Assembly (NCBI GenBank): GCA_041640835.1
Contig: JBEPZM010000001.1
Coordinates: 25,098 to 89,097 of the forward strand
Origin: Blastococcus sp.
Lineage (GTDB): Bacteria; Actinomycetota; Actinomycetes; Mycobacteriales; Geodermatophilaceae
Length of the DNA: 64,000 bases
Direction: 5' to 3'
This document shows, piece by piece, positions 49,871 through 59,404 of the stretch (within the stretch, counting starts at the first letter, position 1; every line of letters begins with the position of its first letter). Made by a program: the position numbers and the translations under genes. The notes below the pieces were generated by a model. It saw nothing but the letters and a program-made list of their open reading frames with translations, was not told where the DNA came from and did not search any database.

Positions 49871-49903
49871 AGAACCCTCACGGTCACCGACGGTGGGGGT
49901 TCT
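49871..49903 (+). terminator. Stem-loop, possible terminator
   Basis: AGAACCCTCAC...GTGGGGGTTCT, 11-bp stem with one G-U pair. Confidence 0.45.
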
Positions 49904-50026
49904 CTGCTGCCCGGACATCGCCGTGGTCGGGCGCCTTCTGTGGCAAGGTCGGGGCTGCGCCCGCCCCGCTCGGGAGGCGGTGCCGGGCTGTCGGCTGCTG
50001 CGCACGGGCACCGGACGAGGGGGGCC

Positions 50027-51436
50027 ATGAGCGGGGAAGGCGTCCGTTCCGCCGACGCGCGGCCGGACGAGCGGGGAGCGCCACCGGCCACCACCGAGCC
50101 GCCGTCGTCCGGGGTCCTGTCGTCGGGGGTCCTGTCACCCGAGGTTCCGGTGCCTGCAGTGCCGGTCCCCGGCGAGACCGTCCCGCCGATGGCGCCGGAA
50201 CCGCTCGCGCTCGGCGCCATGGCGATCCTGCGGACCGGCGGCTTCCTGGTCCTCTACCTCAACGCCGCGGCGGTCTTCCTCGGTGTCATGGCCCAGGCGA
50301 TCGCCCGCGGCTGGCTCGCCTTCGAGCTCACCGGCTCGAACGCCGCGCTGGGCGGGATCCTGCTGGCGTTCGGGGTGGCCCTCCTGCTGGCGACCCCCTG
50401 GGGTGGGGTGGCCGCCGACCGGTTGCCCAAGCGGCTGGTGCTGCAGCTGTCGGTGCTCCTGCTGGCGGTGTCGAGCGCCGGGATCGGGCTGGCCGTCGTC
50501 TTCGACGTCATCGCCTACTGGATGCTGCTGGTCGCCAGCGTGCTGCAGGCCGTGGGGTTCGCCCTCTTCGGTCCCGCCCGGATGGCCTTCCTCAGCGAGA
50601 TCGTCCCGCGCGATGCGATGCCCCAGGCCGTCTCGCTGCTGCTGGTCAACGCCGAGGTGAACCGGGTGGTGGGTCCGGCGCTGGCCGGGGTGGTCATCGG
50701 CGCCGTGACCTGGGGGATCGAGGCGATCTTTCTGTTCAGCGCGGCCCTGGCGATCGTCGGCGTGCTCCTCACCGCCGCGCTCCCGCCGGGGTTGCCCGGG
50801 GAGCCCTCCGGCCGGTCCCCGCTGGGGGAGCTCGCCGACGGCGTGCGCTACGTCCACCGGCATCGGGAGCTCAACGCCCTGGTGTGGTGCGGCGTCGGCG
50901 TCACGATGCTGGGGATGCCGTACCTGGCCTTCATGCCGACCATCGCCAGCGACCTGTTCGGCCTGGGCTCCGTCGGTTACGGGGTGCTGTCCGCGACCTC
51001 CGCCATCGGCGGCGTCACGGCAGGCCTCCTCCTGGGACGGCGCGGCGCGTGGGTCCGGCGCCGGCGGGTCTTCGTGGGAGCGGGCGCCGTCTTCGGCCTG
51101 GCCGTCTGCTCCCTGGCGATCGCGCCGACCACCTACGTCGCGGTGGTCGCTCTCCTCGGCGTCGGCGGGGCGATGCTCGCCTTCCAGACCAGCAACCAGT
51201 CCCAGCTGCTCGACCTCGCGGAGCCGGAGTACCACGGCCGGGTGCAGGGCCTGGTCATGCTCAGCTTCGGCGCCTTCGGCATCGCCGCACTCCCGCTGGG
51301 CCTGCTCGCCGACCTGATCGGCTTGCGCTGGACGCTCTGCGGGATGGGGATCGGGGTGATCACCGTCGTGACCCTGTACGCCGTCGCCGGACGGCGCAGG
51401 TCGGGAAAGGCGCAGCGAGGTCAGACCCGTTCGTAG
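50027..51436 (+). CDS. MFS transporter (MFS_3/EntS-like)
   Basis: GWLAFELTGS, GVAADRLPKR, PARMAF, YHGRVQG; about 12 TM. Confidence 0.88.
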   Translation: MSGEGVRSADARPDERGAPPATTEPPSSGVLSSGVLSPEVPVPAVPVPGETVPPMAPEPLALGAMAILRTGGFLVLYLNAAAVFLGVMAQAIARGWLAFELTGSNAALGGILLAFGVALLLATPWGGVAADRLPKRLVLQLSVLLLAVSSAGIGLAVVFDVIAYWMLLVASVLQAVGFALFGPARMAFLSEIVPRDAMPQAVSLLLVNAEVNRVVGPALAGVVIGAVTWGIEAIFLFSAALAIVGVLLTAALPPGLPGEPSGRSPLGELADGVRYVHRHRELNALVWCGVGVTMLGMPYLAFMPTIASDLFGLGSVGYGVLSATSAIGGVTAGLLLGRRGAWVRRRRVFVGAGAVFGLAVCSLAIAPTTYVAVVALLGVGGAMLAFQTSNQSQLLDLAEPEYHGRVQGLVMLSFGAFGIAALPLGLLADLIGLRWTLCGMGIGVITVVTLYAVAGRRRSGKAQRGQTRS

Positions 51437-51890
51437 CCCTCCAGCTGCGCCAGTGAGCTCCACCGTTCCGGGAGCTGCACGACCGCCTGCTCGGACAGGT
51501 CGAGGACGTGGTGCGGGTCGAGCAGCGCCACCTCGGCGCCGTCCAGCTGCAACCGGCGGAGCATCTCTGCGAGCATCCGCCGAGCGACGTCGTTCACCGA
51601 CGACACCCGCCGGAGATCCAGGACGAAGACGGCGACGCGCATGCCGTCGGTCACCGTCCGCACGACCCCTTCCGCGCCGCTGAACTGCATCGAGCCCTGC
51701 AGGCTGCACACGCGGGCGAGGGAGCCGTCCGGCCCGCGGAGCGTCCGGTCCCGTCGATCGTCGACAGGCACACGGCGAGCCGGTCCGGGTCGGCCGACGC
51801 CAGCTCGGGGATGTAGCCCGCGAGGGCCCCGGCGTCGTCACCGCAGGCGTCCAGGATCTCCGCCAGGTAGTCCGGCACCGGTGATCTCAC
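51421..51890 (-). pseudogene. glsA: Glutaminase-STAS pseudogene with the catalytic core deleted
   Basis: N-terminus MRSPVPDYLAEIL...LAGYIPELASADPDRLAVCLSTIDG jumps out of frame near 51751 into the C-terminal STAS domain (LQGSMQFSGAE...VLDLRRVSSVNDVARRML). Confidence 0.8.
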
Positions 51891-52084
51891 GATCCCGCCT
51901 CTCCTCGTTCGCGCAATGAGAACCATTCCATTCCATGCCACGCCACGCCGACGCGAGCGGGTGACCAGGTACGGGCCGTGGCGCGTCCTGGGGGTGTGCC
52001 TGTCGAACCGCGGTGACGGACTGGACGCGGGGCTGCGGCACCACCGAGCAGACGGAAGGGCCCCTCGGGACGCATCCACTCTCG

Positions 52085-52498
52085 TCACGCCGGGTCCGCC
52101 GGTTCGGAGTCGGGGAACGAGTGGTGCTCGTGCGCGATCACCCACCGGCCGTGCTCCTTGCGGAGGCCCACGGTCAGGCGCAGTCGGGCCTCCGGAACGG
52201 GCTCCCGGTCGGTCGGCATGCCGCAGCGCAGCAGGGCGAAGGCGAAGGCGACATCCTGTCCGGCGGTCACCTCGAGCGAGGCGATCTCGAAGACGGCACC
52301 TGCCCGCTGCCAGGACAGGAAGCCCGGCCACGAGTCGCGGTAGGCGTCGATGCCGCGCACACCCTCGCGTGGAGGGGGGACGTCGAACATGACGATGTCC
52401 TCGGCATGGTCGACGAGCACGACGTCCAGGGCACCGGCGTGCACGGCGGCAGCCCAGCGCTGGATCGATGCGGTGATCTGTCGTTCGTCCTCTGTCAC
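52085..52498 (-). CDS. SnoaL-like/DUF4440 (YybH) protein
   Basis: DIVMFDVPPP, LRLTVGLRKEHGRWVIAHEHHSFP. Confidence 0.88.
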   Translation of the reverse strand: MTEDERQITASIQRWAAAVHAGALDVVLVDHAEDIVMFDVPPPREGVRGIDAYRDSWPGFLSWQRAGAVFEIASLEVTAGQDVAFAFALLRCGMPTDREPVPEARLRLTVGLRKEHGRWVIAHEHHSFPDSEPADPA

Positions 52499-52537
52499 GG
52501 GAGCTCCTCAGCTGACTGCACGGGTCGTCGTCCGTGG

Positions 52538-52564
52538 AACCCGGCCGCACAGCTGGACTCATCG
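52538..52564 (-). promoter_or_regulatory. SigG-type ECF promoter (variant)
   Basis: CGATGA-N18-GTT upstream of the SnoaL gene. Confidence 0.5.
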
Positions 52565-52578
52565 CCCGGCGATCACCC

Positions 52579-53586
52579 TCAGGTGGGAAGGCGCCTAGGG
52601 AGGCCGAACGTGGTGAGGTCCGCGGTCAGGAACGAGACCACCCCGGCAATGCGGTTCCCACGGAGCGACAGCACGTCCAACCCGCCGGACAGCCAGGCCC
52701 CATGCTCGGCATCCCACCGGTAGGTGCCGAACGCCAGCTGACTGTTGGCCCCCGTAGCCAGGAACCGCCACCGGTGGGTCATCGCCGCCCCCGTCAGGAA
52801 TGCCCGGATGCTGTCCGGGCCGCGGTACCAGGTGGGCAGTGGCGGCATGGCGTAGGTCGCGTCCGCGGTGAGCATGGCCACGATCGCCGGGACGTCGCCG
52901 GCCTCCCAGGCTGCGGTGTAGCGCCGCGCCAGCGCGCGCACCGACTCCTCGCCCGCCGCCGTGAGCGTCGCCCGCTGCGGTGCATCCGCGATCCGGTCGG
53001 TCATCGCGGCGCGGCTCCGTTGCAGTGCGCTGTTGACGCCGGCCACCGTGGTCTGCAGCAGCGTGGCGACCTCACGCGCCGAGAAGCCCAGCACCTCACG
53101 CAGCAGGAGGACGGCCCGGAGCCGGCCGGACAGGTGCTGCAGAGCAGCGACGAACGCCAGCTCCACGCTCTCCCGGGCCACCGCCCGCGTCTCTGGAGCC
53201 AGCTCGCGCATCCACTCCAGCCGGCTGTCGGGGTACGGCTCCAGCCAGGCCCGCTCCGCTATGGGGGCGTTTCCCGACTGCAGGTCGGTCGGCAGCTCGC
53301 GGCGGCTCCGTCGTTCGATCGCGGTCAGGCACCGGTTGGTCGCGATCCGGTAGAGCCACGCCCTGAGCGCGCCGCGCTCCTCGAACCGGTCCAACGCCCG
53401 CCACGCCCGGGTCAGGGTCTCCTGGACCGCGTCGTCGGCGTCGTGGACCGATCCCAGCATCCGGTAGCAGTGCGTGTGCAACTCGTGGACGTAGGGCGCG
53501 ACCAGCCGACCGAACGCCCCGGAGTCCCCCGAGCGGGCAGCTGCCACGAGCTGCGCGTCCGACGCGGATGCCCCTACAAGATCCAT
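52579..53586 (-). CDS. ECF sigma-70 factor with C-terminal SnoaL domain (SigG-like)
   Basis: [66 protein letters not shown]. Confidence 0.92.
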   Translation of the reverse strand: MDLVGASASDAQLVAAARSGDSGAFGRLVAPYVHELHTHCYRMLGSVHDADDAVQETLTRAWRALDRFEERGALRAWLYRIATNRCLTAIERRSRRELPTDLQSGNAPIAERAWLEPYPDSRLEWMRELAPETRAVARESVELAFVAALQHLSGRLRAVLLLREVLGFSAREVATLLQTTVAGVNSALQRSRAAMTDRIADAPQRATLTAAGEESVRALARRYTAAWEAGDVPAIVAMLTADATYAMPPLPTWYRGPDSIRAFLTGAAMTHRWRFLATGANSQLAFGTYRWDAEHGAWLSGGLDVLSLRGNRIAGVVSFLTADLTTFGLPRRLPT

Positions 53587-53690
53587 GACGCCCTCCTAGG
53601 GGCGAAGCCGGGCTCCACCGAGCACCAGCGGCGTACGACCTCGACCCGTCGGTCTCGGACGCCACCACGCGTTCGTGACGACGGCAGTGA

Positions 53691-53717
53691 GACCCCTCGG
53701 GTCAGGCAGATTCATCG
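53691..53717 (-). promoter_or_regulatory. SigG-type ECF promoter (autoregulatory)
   Basis: CGATGA-N18-GTC upstream of the sigma gene. Confidence 0.6.
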
Positions 53718-53818
53718 CACGCGGCTCGGCTGGGGTGGACCGACGCGGACGCTGAGGGCAGACGCATGGCCGGACCGGTGCCGGATCGCCCCGTCAGGCA
53801 TCGCCGGCACGGCGACCG

Positions 53819-54424
53819 TCAGTGGTCGGGTGTCACGATCCGGGGACGCTCCCACCCGGCCCTCATCAGGGCGTTCAGTGCCGCGGTGGAGGACTCGTCG
53901 GCCATGGCAGCACCGCTCACCCAACTGGTGGCGAGCACGCCGAGGAACAGATCCCTGCCGCGCACGCCGGGGCGGGCGCCGCCGGCCTCCTGCGCTGCCG
54001 TGAGGAACTCGTCGGTGGTCGTGACGAAACCCTGGCAGGTGAGGGCCAGCGGGGACGTCTCCTCGCTCACGGCCATCCGCAAGGGCTCGGGCAGTCCGTC
54101 GAACGCGGTGGCCCAGGCGCCCAGCGCGTCCAGCCACTGGGCCAGCGCCTCGGTGGCGTCCCGCTCGTCGTGCCGGATGGCGTCGCGGCGGGCCACCAGC
54201 TCCTCCGCCCGTGCCGTCAGCAGGGCATCGAGCAGCGCGTCCCGATTGGGGAAGTGCCGGTACAGGGTGCCCGCACCGACACCGGCCCGCTTGGCGATCG
54301 CATCCAGGGAGCTGGTGACGCCGTGCTCGGCGAAGTGCCGCTCGGCGACGTCGAGGATGTGCGCCCGGTTCCGCTGGGCGTCCGTCCGCGGCCGGCGCTC
54401 GCGGGCCGTTGTCGTCTCGGACAC
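53819..54424 (-). CDS. TetR/AcrR family regulator
   Basis: RTDAQRNRAHIL...IAKRAGVGAGTLYRHFPNR. Confidence 0.92.
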   Translation of the reverse strand: MSETTTARERRPRTDAQRNRAHILDVAERHFAEHGVTSSLDAIAKRAGVGAGTLYRHFPNRDALLDALLTARAEELVARRDAIRHDERDATEALAQWLDALGAWATAFDGLPEPLRMAVSEETSPLALTCQGFVTTTDEFLTAAQEAGGARPGVRGRDLFLGVLATSWVSGAAMADESSTAALNALMRAGWERPRIVTPDH

Positions 54425-54440
54425 GTCCGACCACCCCTCG

Positions 54441-54498
54441 TTGACAAAGCGGAGAGCATCTCCGTATCTTCGGATGAGTCAACCGGAGACGCTCTCCA
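54441..54498 (+). promoter_or_regulatory. Sigma-70 promoter with two palindromic TetR operators
   Basis: TTGACA-N18-TATCTT; CGGAGA-GCA-TCTCCG (54450-54464) and CGGAGA-CGC-TCTCCA (54484-54498). Confidence 0.75.
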
Positions 54499-54519
54499 CC
54501 TTATCGCGAAGGACTCGTC

Positions 54520-55866
54520 GTGCCCAGCCCGCAGATGCTCCTGGCCATCCAGATCGCCAACGGTTACGGATCCCAGCCCGGGTCGTGGCGGATGCCCGGG
54601 GTGGACCCGTCCAGCTACACGGACATGGACGTCTTCGCCCGGCACGCCCAGGCAGCCGAACGAGGAAAGATCCAGCTGGCCTTCCTGGCCGACACGCCGG
54701 CGCTGGAGAACGACATCGAGCGCGCGGTCCCGAACCACGCGATCGACCCGCTCGTCGTCCTAACGACGATGGCCCGCGCCACCGAGCGGATCGGCCTGGT
54801 CGCCACGGCGTCCACGACGCTCAACGAGCCCTACACGATCGCCCGCCAGTTCAAGGCGCTGGACGTGGCCAGTCACGGCCGTGCCGGCTGGAACGCCGTG
54901 CCGACCTCCCTCCCTGCCGCGGCGGCCAACTACGGCATCACGCTGCCTCCGCGGGCCGAGAAGTACGAGCGCGCCCACGAGGTCGTCCAGATCGTCCAGG
55001 CGCTGTGGGCGAGCTGGGGGCAGGACGCATGGGTCCGCGACGTCGCCGCCGCGCGGTTCGCCGACACGAGCCTGATCCAGCCGGTGAACCTGCAGGGGCG
55101 GCACGTCGCCTCCCGCGGCCCGCTGCCCATCCCGCCGTCGGAACAGGGCCAGCCGGTCGTCTTCCAGGCCGGCGGTGGCGGCAACGGCCTCGAGGTGGCC
55201 GCCCGCTACGCCACCGGCGTGTACGCCAACCCGTTCAGCATCGGGGAGGGCCGGGCGCACCGCACGGCGCTGCGGGCGGCCGCCGAGAGCGTGGGCCGCG
55301 ATCCCGACGAGGTGAAGCTGTTCGCCGGCTTCATGCCCAGCGTCGCGCCGTCCCGGCGGGCCGCGCTGGACCGGCGGCGCCGGCTGGACGAGGTCGTGGA
55401 CCTGGACCAGAGGGTGGGCTACCTCGGCGCGATGCTCGGGCTGCGCCTGGGCCCCGAGCGGCTGGACGAGCCGCTGACCGACCAGGAGCTGGCCGCCGCG
55501 CGGCCCAGCCCCGGGGATCCGCGCTCACCCCGCGCGCTGGAGGTGGCCCGGGAGGGCTGGACGCTCCGCGACGTCCTGGCCCACGGGGTCATCGACTACC
55601 ACCCGGTCGTGCCCGGCACGGCCGCGGACGTCGCCGACCACATGCAGGAGTGGTTCGAGGCCGGCGCCTGCGACGGCTTCTCCCTCGCGATCGACGTCTA
55701 CGCCGACGGCATCGACGCCTTCGTCGACCAGGTGGTCCCGCTCCTCCAGGCGCGGGGTCTGTTCCACCGCGACTACGAGGGCTCGACCCTGCGCGACCAC
55801 CTCGGCGCACCCGCCCAGTACGGGCTGGACCCCCGCCTCGCCGGAGCGGCGCGCACGTCGAGCTGA
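54520..55866 (+). CDS. NtaA/DmoA family FMN-dependent monooxygenase (LLM)
   Basis: AERGKIQLAFLAD, TASTTLNEPY, GRAGWN, QGQPVVFQAG, LQARGLFHRDYEGSTLRDHLG. Confidence 0.92.
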   Translation: MPSPQMLLAIQIANGYGSQPGSWRMPGVDPSSYTDMDVFARHAQAAERGKIQLAFLADTPALENDIERAVPNHAIDPLVVLTTMARATERIGLVATASTTLNEPYTIARQFKALDVASHGRAGWNAVPTSLPAAAANYGITLPPRAEKYERAHEVVQIVQALWASWGQDAWVRDVAAARFADTSLIQPVNLQGRHVASRGPLPIPPSEQGQPVVFQAGGGGNGLEVAARYATGVYANPFSIGEGRAHRTALRAAAESVGRDPDEVKLFAGFMPSVAPSRRAALDRRRRLDEVVDLDQRVGYLGAMLGLRLGPERLDEPLTDQELAAARPSPGDPRSPRALEVAREGWTLRDVLAHGVIDYHPVVPGTAADVADHMQEWFEAGACDGFSLAIDVYADGIDAFVDQVVPLLQARGLFHRDYEGSTLRDHLGAPAQYGLDPRLAGAARTSS

Positions 55867-55905
55867 CCCTCCGCCCCAGCCGTCCCCAGAAGACAGAGCA
55901 CGTCC

Positions 55906-57402
55906 ATGGCCGTCCAGAACCCTCCGGCACCCGACCTCGCGCCACCCGCACCGCAGCGCGGCTCCGATGAGCGGCTGGCCCCGGGGAGCGTCCTCGTCAT
56001 CGGCCTGCTCATGGCCTCGACGTTCACCGTCCTGCTCAACGAGATGATGCTGGGCGTCGCACTCCCGACGCTGATCTCCGACCTCGGCATCACCCCGACC
56101 ACCGGTCAGTGGCTCACCACCGGCTACCTGCTGACCCTGGCGGTGCTCATCCCGGCCACCGGGTTCGTGATGCGGCGGTTCCACCTGCGCACGATCTTCC
56201 TGGCCGCGATGTCGCTGTTCGCGGTCGGTACGGCCATCGCCGCCGTCGCGCCGGGCTTCGGCGTCCTCTTCGCCGGCCGGATCGTCCAGGCCGCCGGGAC
56301 CGCCGTCTTCCTGCCGCTCCTGATGACCACCGCCATGCGCCTGGTTCCCGTGTCCCGCCGCGGGTCGATCATGGCCATCGTCACGGCCGTGCCGGCCGTC
56401 GCGCCGGCGGTCGGCCCCGCGCTGTCCGGCGTGGTGCTCTCCGGGCTGTCCTGGCGGTGGCTGTTCCTCCTCATGCTCCCGGTCGCCGCCCTCGCGCTCG
56501 TGCTGGGTGCGGTCAAGCTGCGCAACATCACCACGCCCGAGCCGGTCACCCTCGACGTGCTGTCGCTGGTGCTGTCCGCCGTCGGGTTCGGGGCGCTGGT
56601 CTACGGGCTGGCGTCGATCGGCGAGTCGGTGTCGGGTCACACCCCGGTCCCGCCCTACGTGCCCATCGCGGTGGGGGTGGCCGGCGTCGCCGCCTTCGTG
56701 TTCCGCCAGCTCACTCTGCAGCGTGTCGGCAACGCGCTGATCGACATGCGCATCTTCCGGTCGCGGTCGTTCACCCTCGCGCTGCTGGTGATGGTCGTCG
56801 TCGCGCTGAACGGCTTCGGCACGATGATCGTGCTGCCGCTGGTCCTGACCGACGTCCTCGGCTTGAGCACGCTGGCGCTCGGACTGTTCCTGGTGCCGGG
56901 CGGGGCCGCCATCTCCCTCGTCTCCGCGCTGGGCGGGCGGGTGTACGACCGGGTCGGACCACGACCGCTGGCCGTCCCGGGAGCGCTCATCTGGGTGGCG
57001 TCCCTCTGGTTCCTCAGCACCGTGGACCGGGACACGGCGGTCGGGACGGCGCTGGCCGCCTACCTGGTCATGTCCGCGTCGCAAGCCCTGATGTGGGCCC
57101 CGATGACGACGACGGCGCTGGCGGCACTCCGCGCCGACCTCTACCCGCACGGCACCGCGGCCTTCACCACCGTCCAGCAGCTGGCCGGCGCCGCAGGCGG
57201 TGCGGTGCTCATCTCCGCGTACACGATCGGCTCCGACGCCTCGGACGCCGGCGTGCTCGGCCTGGCGCAGTCCGAGTCCGCGGGGCAGGTGGCCTTCGGA
57301 ACCGCGGCAGTCCTCGGCCTCGGCGCAGTCCTCGGCACCTTGTTCGTCGGCCGGGCGCCCGTACCTGCGGGCATGGCCCCGCACTCCACCGACCCGTCCT
57401 GA
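55906..57402 (+). CDS. DHA2 MFS transporter (LmrB-like)
   Basis: LLNEMMLGVALP, QWLTTGYLL, GRIVQAAGT, QQLAGAAG. Confidence 0.92.
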   Translation: MAVQNPPAPDLAPPAPQRGSDERLAPGSVLVIGLLMASTFTVLLNEMMLGVALPTLISDLGITPTTGQWLTTGYLLTLAVLIPATGFVMRRFHLRTIFLAAMSLFAVGTAIAAVAPGFGVLFAGRIVQAAGTAVFLPLLMTTAMRLVPVSRRGSIMAIVTAVPAVAPAVGPALSGVVLSGLSWRWLFLLMLPVAALALVLGAVKLRNITTPEPVTLDVLSLVLSAVGFGALVYGLASIGESVSGHTPVPPYVPIAVGVAGVAAFVFRQLTLQRVGNALIDMRIFRSRSFTLALLVMVVVALNGFGTMIVLPLVLTDVLGLSTLALGLFLVPGGAAISLVSALGGRVYDRVGPRPLAVPGALIWVASLWFLSTVDRDTAVGTALAAYLVMSASQALMWAPMTTTALAALRADLYPHGTAAFTTVQQLAGAAGGAVLISAYTIGSDASDAGVLGLAQSESAGQVAFGTAAVLGLGAVLGTLFVGRAPVPAGMAPHSTDPS

Positions 57403-57428
57403 CCCTTCTCCCCACGGAGCACACCACC

Positions 57429-58163
57429 ATGAAGATCGGCATCCTCGGCGTCGGCAACATCGGCGCCACCCTGACCCGACGACTCGCCATGGCCGGGCAC
57501 GACGTGACGGTGGCGAACTCCCGCGGCCCGGAGACCATCCCGGCCGAGGTCACCGCCACCGGCGCGCGAGCCGTCCACGCGCATGACGTCGTCACCGACG
57601 TCGAGGCCCTGATCGTGTCCATCCCGCTGGCTCGGATCCCGGACATCCGTCCGCTCGTCGACCGGCTCTCCGACGGCGCGGTCCTGCTGGATACGTCGAA
57701 CTACTACCCGGTGCGCGACGGCCGCATCGCGGCGCTGGACGACGGCCAGGTCGAGAGCCTGTGGGTGGTCGAGCAGCTGGGCCGCCCCGTCGTCAAGGCG
57801 TGGAACGCCATCCTGTCCGGCTCGTTCGACACGAGGAACGCGCCCGCCGGAACGCCCGGCCGGATCGCGATCCCCGTTGCCGCGGACGCGGCCGCGGACC
57901 GGGCGCTGGGCATGGCCCTGGTCGAGGACACCGGCTTCGACGGGTACGACGCCGGCGCCCTCGCCGACTCGTGGCGCCAGCAGCCGGGGACCCCGGCGTA
58001 CTGCACGGAGCTGGACAGGGCGGAGCTGCGGCAGGCGCTGGCCGCGGCGGACAAGGCCGAGGCCCCACGAAGCCGGGACCGCCTGATGGAGCACTTCGCG
58101 ACCTTCGAGGCGCTCCCGTCCCTCGACGAGGTCGTCGCCATCAACCGCGCCGCGCAGCGCTGA
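57429..58163 (+). CDS. NADPH-dependent F420 reductase-like oxidoreductase
   Basis: MKIGILGVGNIG, ANSRGPET, DTSNYYP, VVKAWN, SWRQQPGTPAYC. Confidence 0.88.
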   Translation: MKIGILGVGNIGATLTRRLAMAGHDVTVANSRGPETIPAEVTATGARAVHAHDVVTDVEALIVSIPLARIPDIRPLVDRLSDGAVLLDTSNYYPVRDGRIAALDDGQVESLWVVEQLGRPVVKAWNAILSGSFDTRNAPAGTPGRIAIPVAADAAADRALGMALVEDTGFDGYDAGALADSWRQQPGTPAYCTELDRAELRQALAAADKAEAPRSRDRLMEHFATFEALPSLDEVVAINRAAQR

Positions 58164-58179
58164 CGCCCGAATCGGCCGG

Positions 58180-58818
58180 TCAGGGTGCCGCTGTCAGCGC
58201 GGGGATCCCCGGTCCGTCGAGATCGTCCAGTGCCACCCGCCGGCCGGACACAGCCAGCAGGAGCGACAAGGCCGGGCCGGTCACGTCCGGACCGTCGCCG
58301 ATCGACACGTCGGCGTCCGTCGCGGTCAGCCGGACGCCGGACACCAGCTCTCTCGCGCCGCCGAAGGCCTCTGGGGTGCGGGCCTGCAGCCGGAGCGATC
58401 GGAGGACGGCCTCCTGGGAGTAGGAGTGGCTCAGCCCCAGGGGTCGGCGGATGTCCTCGCCGTGGACGACTTCCTCGACGAGCCGGCTGTCGAGCGGTGC
58501 GGGAGGGGTGGATCGGCGCGACGCCACACTGCGGAGCCGCTCCAGCGTCTCCTGCGGTGAGGCACCTCGATGGCGCTGCACGCCGCGGGCGTTCTGGCGG
58601 TGGAAGTCGAACCGCGCCCAGGCGAGGCCGGCCACGAATCGGAGCCGCGTGGTCCGGGCCGTGTCGACCAGATGGGCGGCGACATCGTGCACGGTCCATC
58701 CGGCACAGAGCGACGGCTCCTCCCACTGCGCGGCGTCGAGGCTCTGGAGGTCGTCGATCAGCGCCGCACGTTCGGCGTGCACGATCGGCCATACGTCTCC
58801 CACAGGTACCTCCGTCAT
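58180..58818 (-). CDS. Maleylpyruvate isomerase family mycothiol-dependent enzyme (DinB/MDMPI)
   Basis: PSLCAGWTVHDVAAHL, VHGEDIRRPLG. Confidence 0.88.
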   Translation of the reverse strand: MTEVPVGDVWPIVHAERAALIDDLQSLDAAQWEEPSLCAGWTVHDVAAHLVDTARTTRLRFVAGLAWARFDFHRQNARGVQRHRGASPQETLERLRSVASRRSTPPAPLDSRLVEEVVHGEDIRRPLGLSHSYSQEAVLRSLRLQARTPEAFGGARELVSGVRLTATDADVSIGDGPDVTGPALSLLLAVSGRRVALDDLDGPGIPALTAAP

Positions 58819-58842
58819 CCGCGACGAGCATTCGCAGGGTCG

Positions 58843-58869
58843 GACGAGCGGCGTCGCGGGAACTCATCG
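58843..58869 (-). promoter_or_regulatory. SigG-type ECF promoter
   Basis: CGATGA-N18-GTC upstream of the MDMPI gene. Confidence 0.6.
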
Positions 58870-59046
58870 GTCCTGCGGGAGGCGACGACCTCACGCCTCC
58901 GGGGCCGGTGCGTGGCGAGGACTGCCGCCGGCTCATCCGTGACCGTCGGACGTCTTGTCGCGCGGGCAGGACGCGAGCACGCTGTCGGCCACCCCCGACG
59001 GCAGCGGCGTCGGTCGAGGCGCCGCCTGGACACATGGAGTACCCGC

Positions 59047-59352
59047 ATGCTCTTTCATGTGAGCTTCCGCGTCGAACACACCCGGCTCGACCGTGATGAG
59101 TTCTGGGACGCATGGGAAGCGGAGACGCAGGCGGCGCTGGCCGCTATCGAGGGCGGGGTCATCAAGAGCTTGTACAAGGTCGCCGGGCAGCGCCGCGTCC
59201 TCGGCATCGTGGAGGTGGAGTCGCACGATCAGCTGGACCAGATCGTGATGGGCGCCCTGCCGATGAGCCATCACCTCACGCTCGAGGAGATCCTCCCCGT
59301 CCGGGAGTACGCGGCCTTCGCCGAGGACGTACGCAAGCGGTGGCGGTCCTGA
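59047..59352 (+). CDS. Muconolactone delta-isomerase family protein
   Basis: MLFHV...E...GVIKSLYKVAGQ...VESHDQLD...LPM; GGAG RBS. Confidence 0.78.
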   Translation: MLFHVSFRVEHTRLDRDEFWDAWEAETQAALAAIEGGVIKSLYKVAGQRRVLGIVEVESHDQLDQIVMGALPMSHHLTLEEILPVREYAAFAEDVRKRWRS

Positions 59353-59367
59353 CCGCGCACCTCCGAC

Positions 59368-59400
59368 CATCACCGCGCTGGTGACCCGGCCGCGGTGATG
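59368..59400. terminator. Stem-loop between convergent genes
   Basis: CATCACCGCG / CGCGGTGATG 10-bp stem. Confidence 0.55.
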
Positions 59401-59404
59401 GCAG

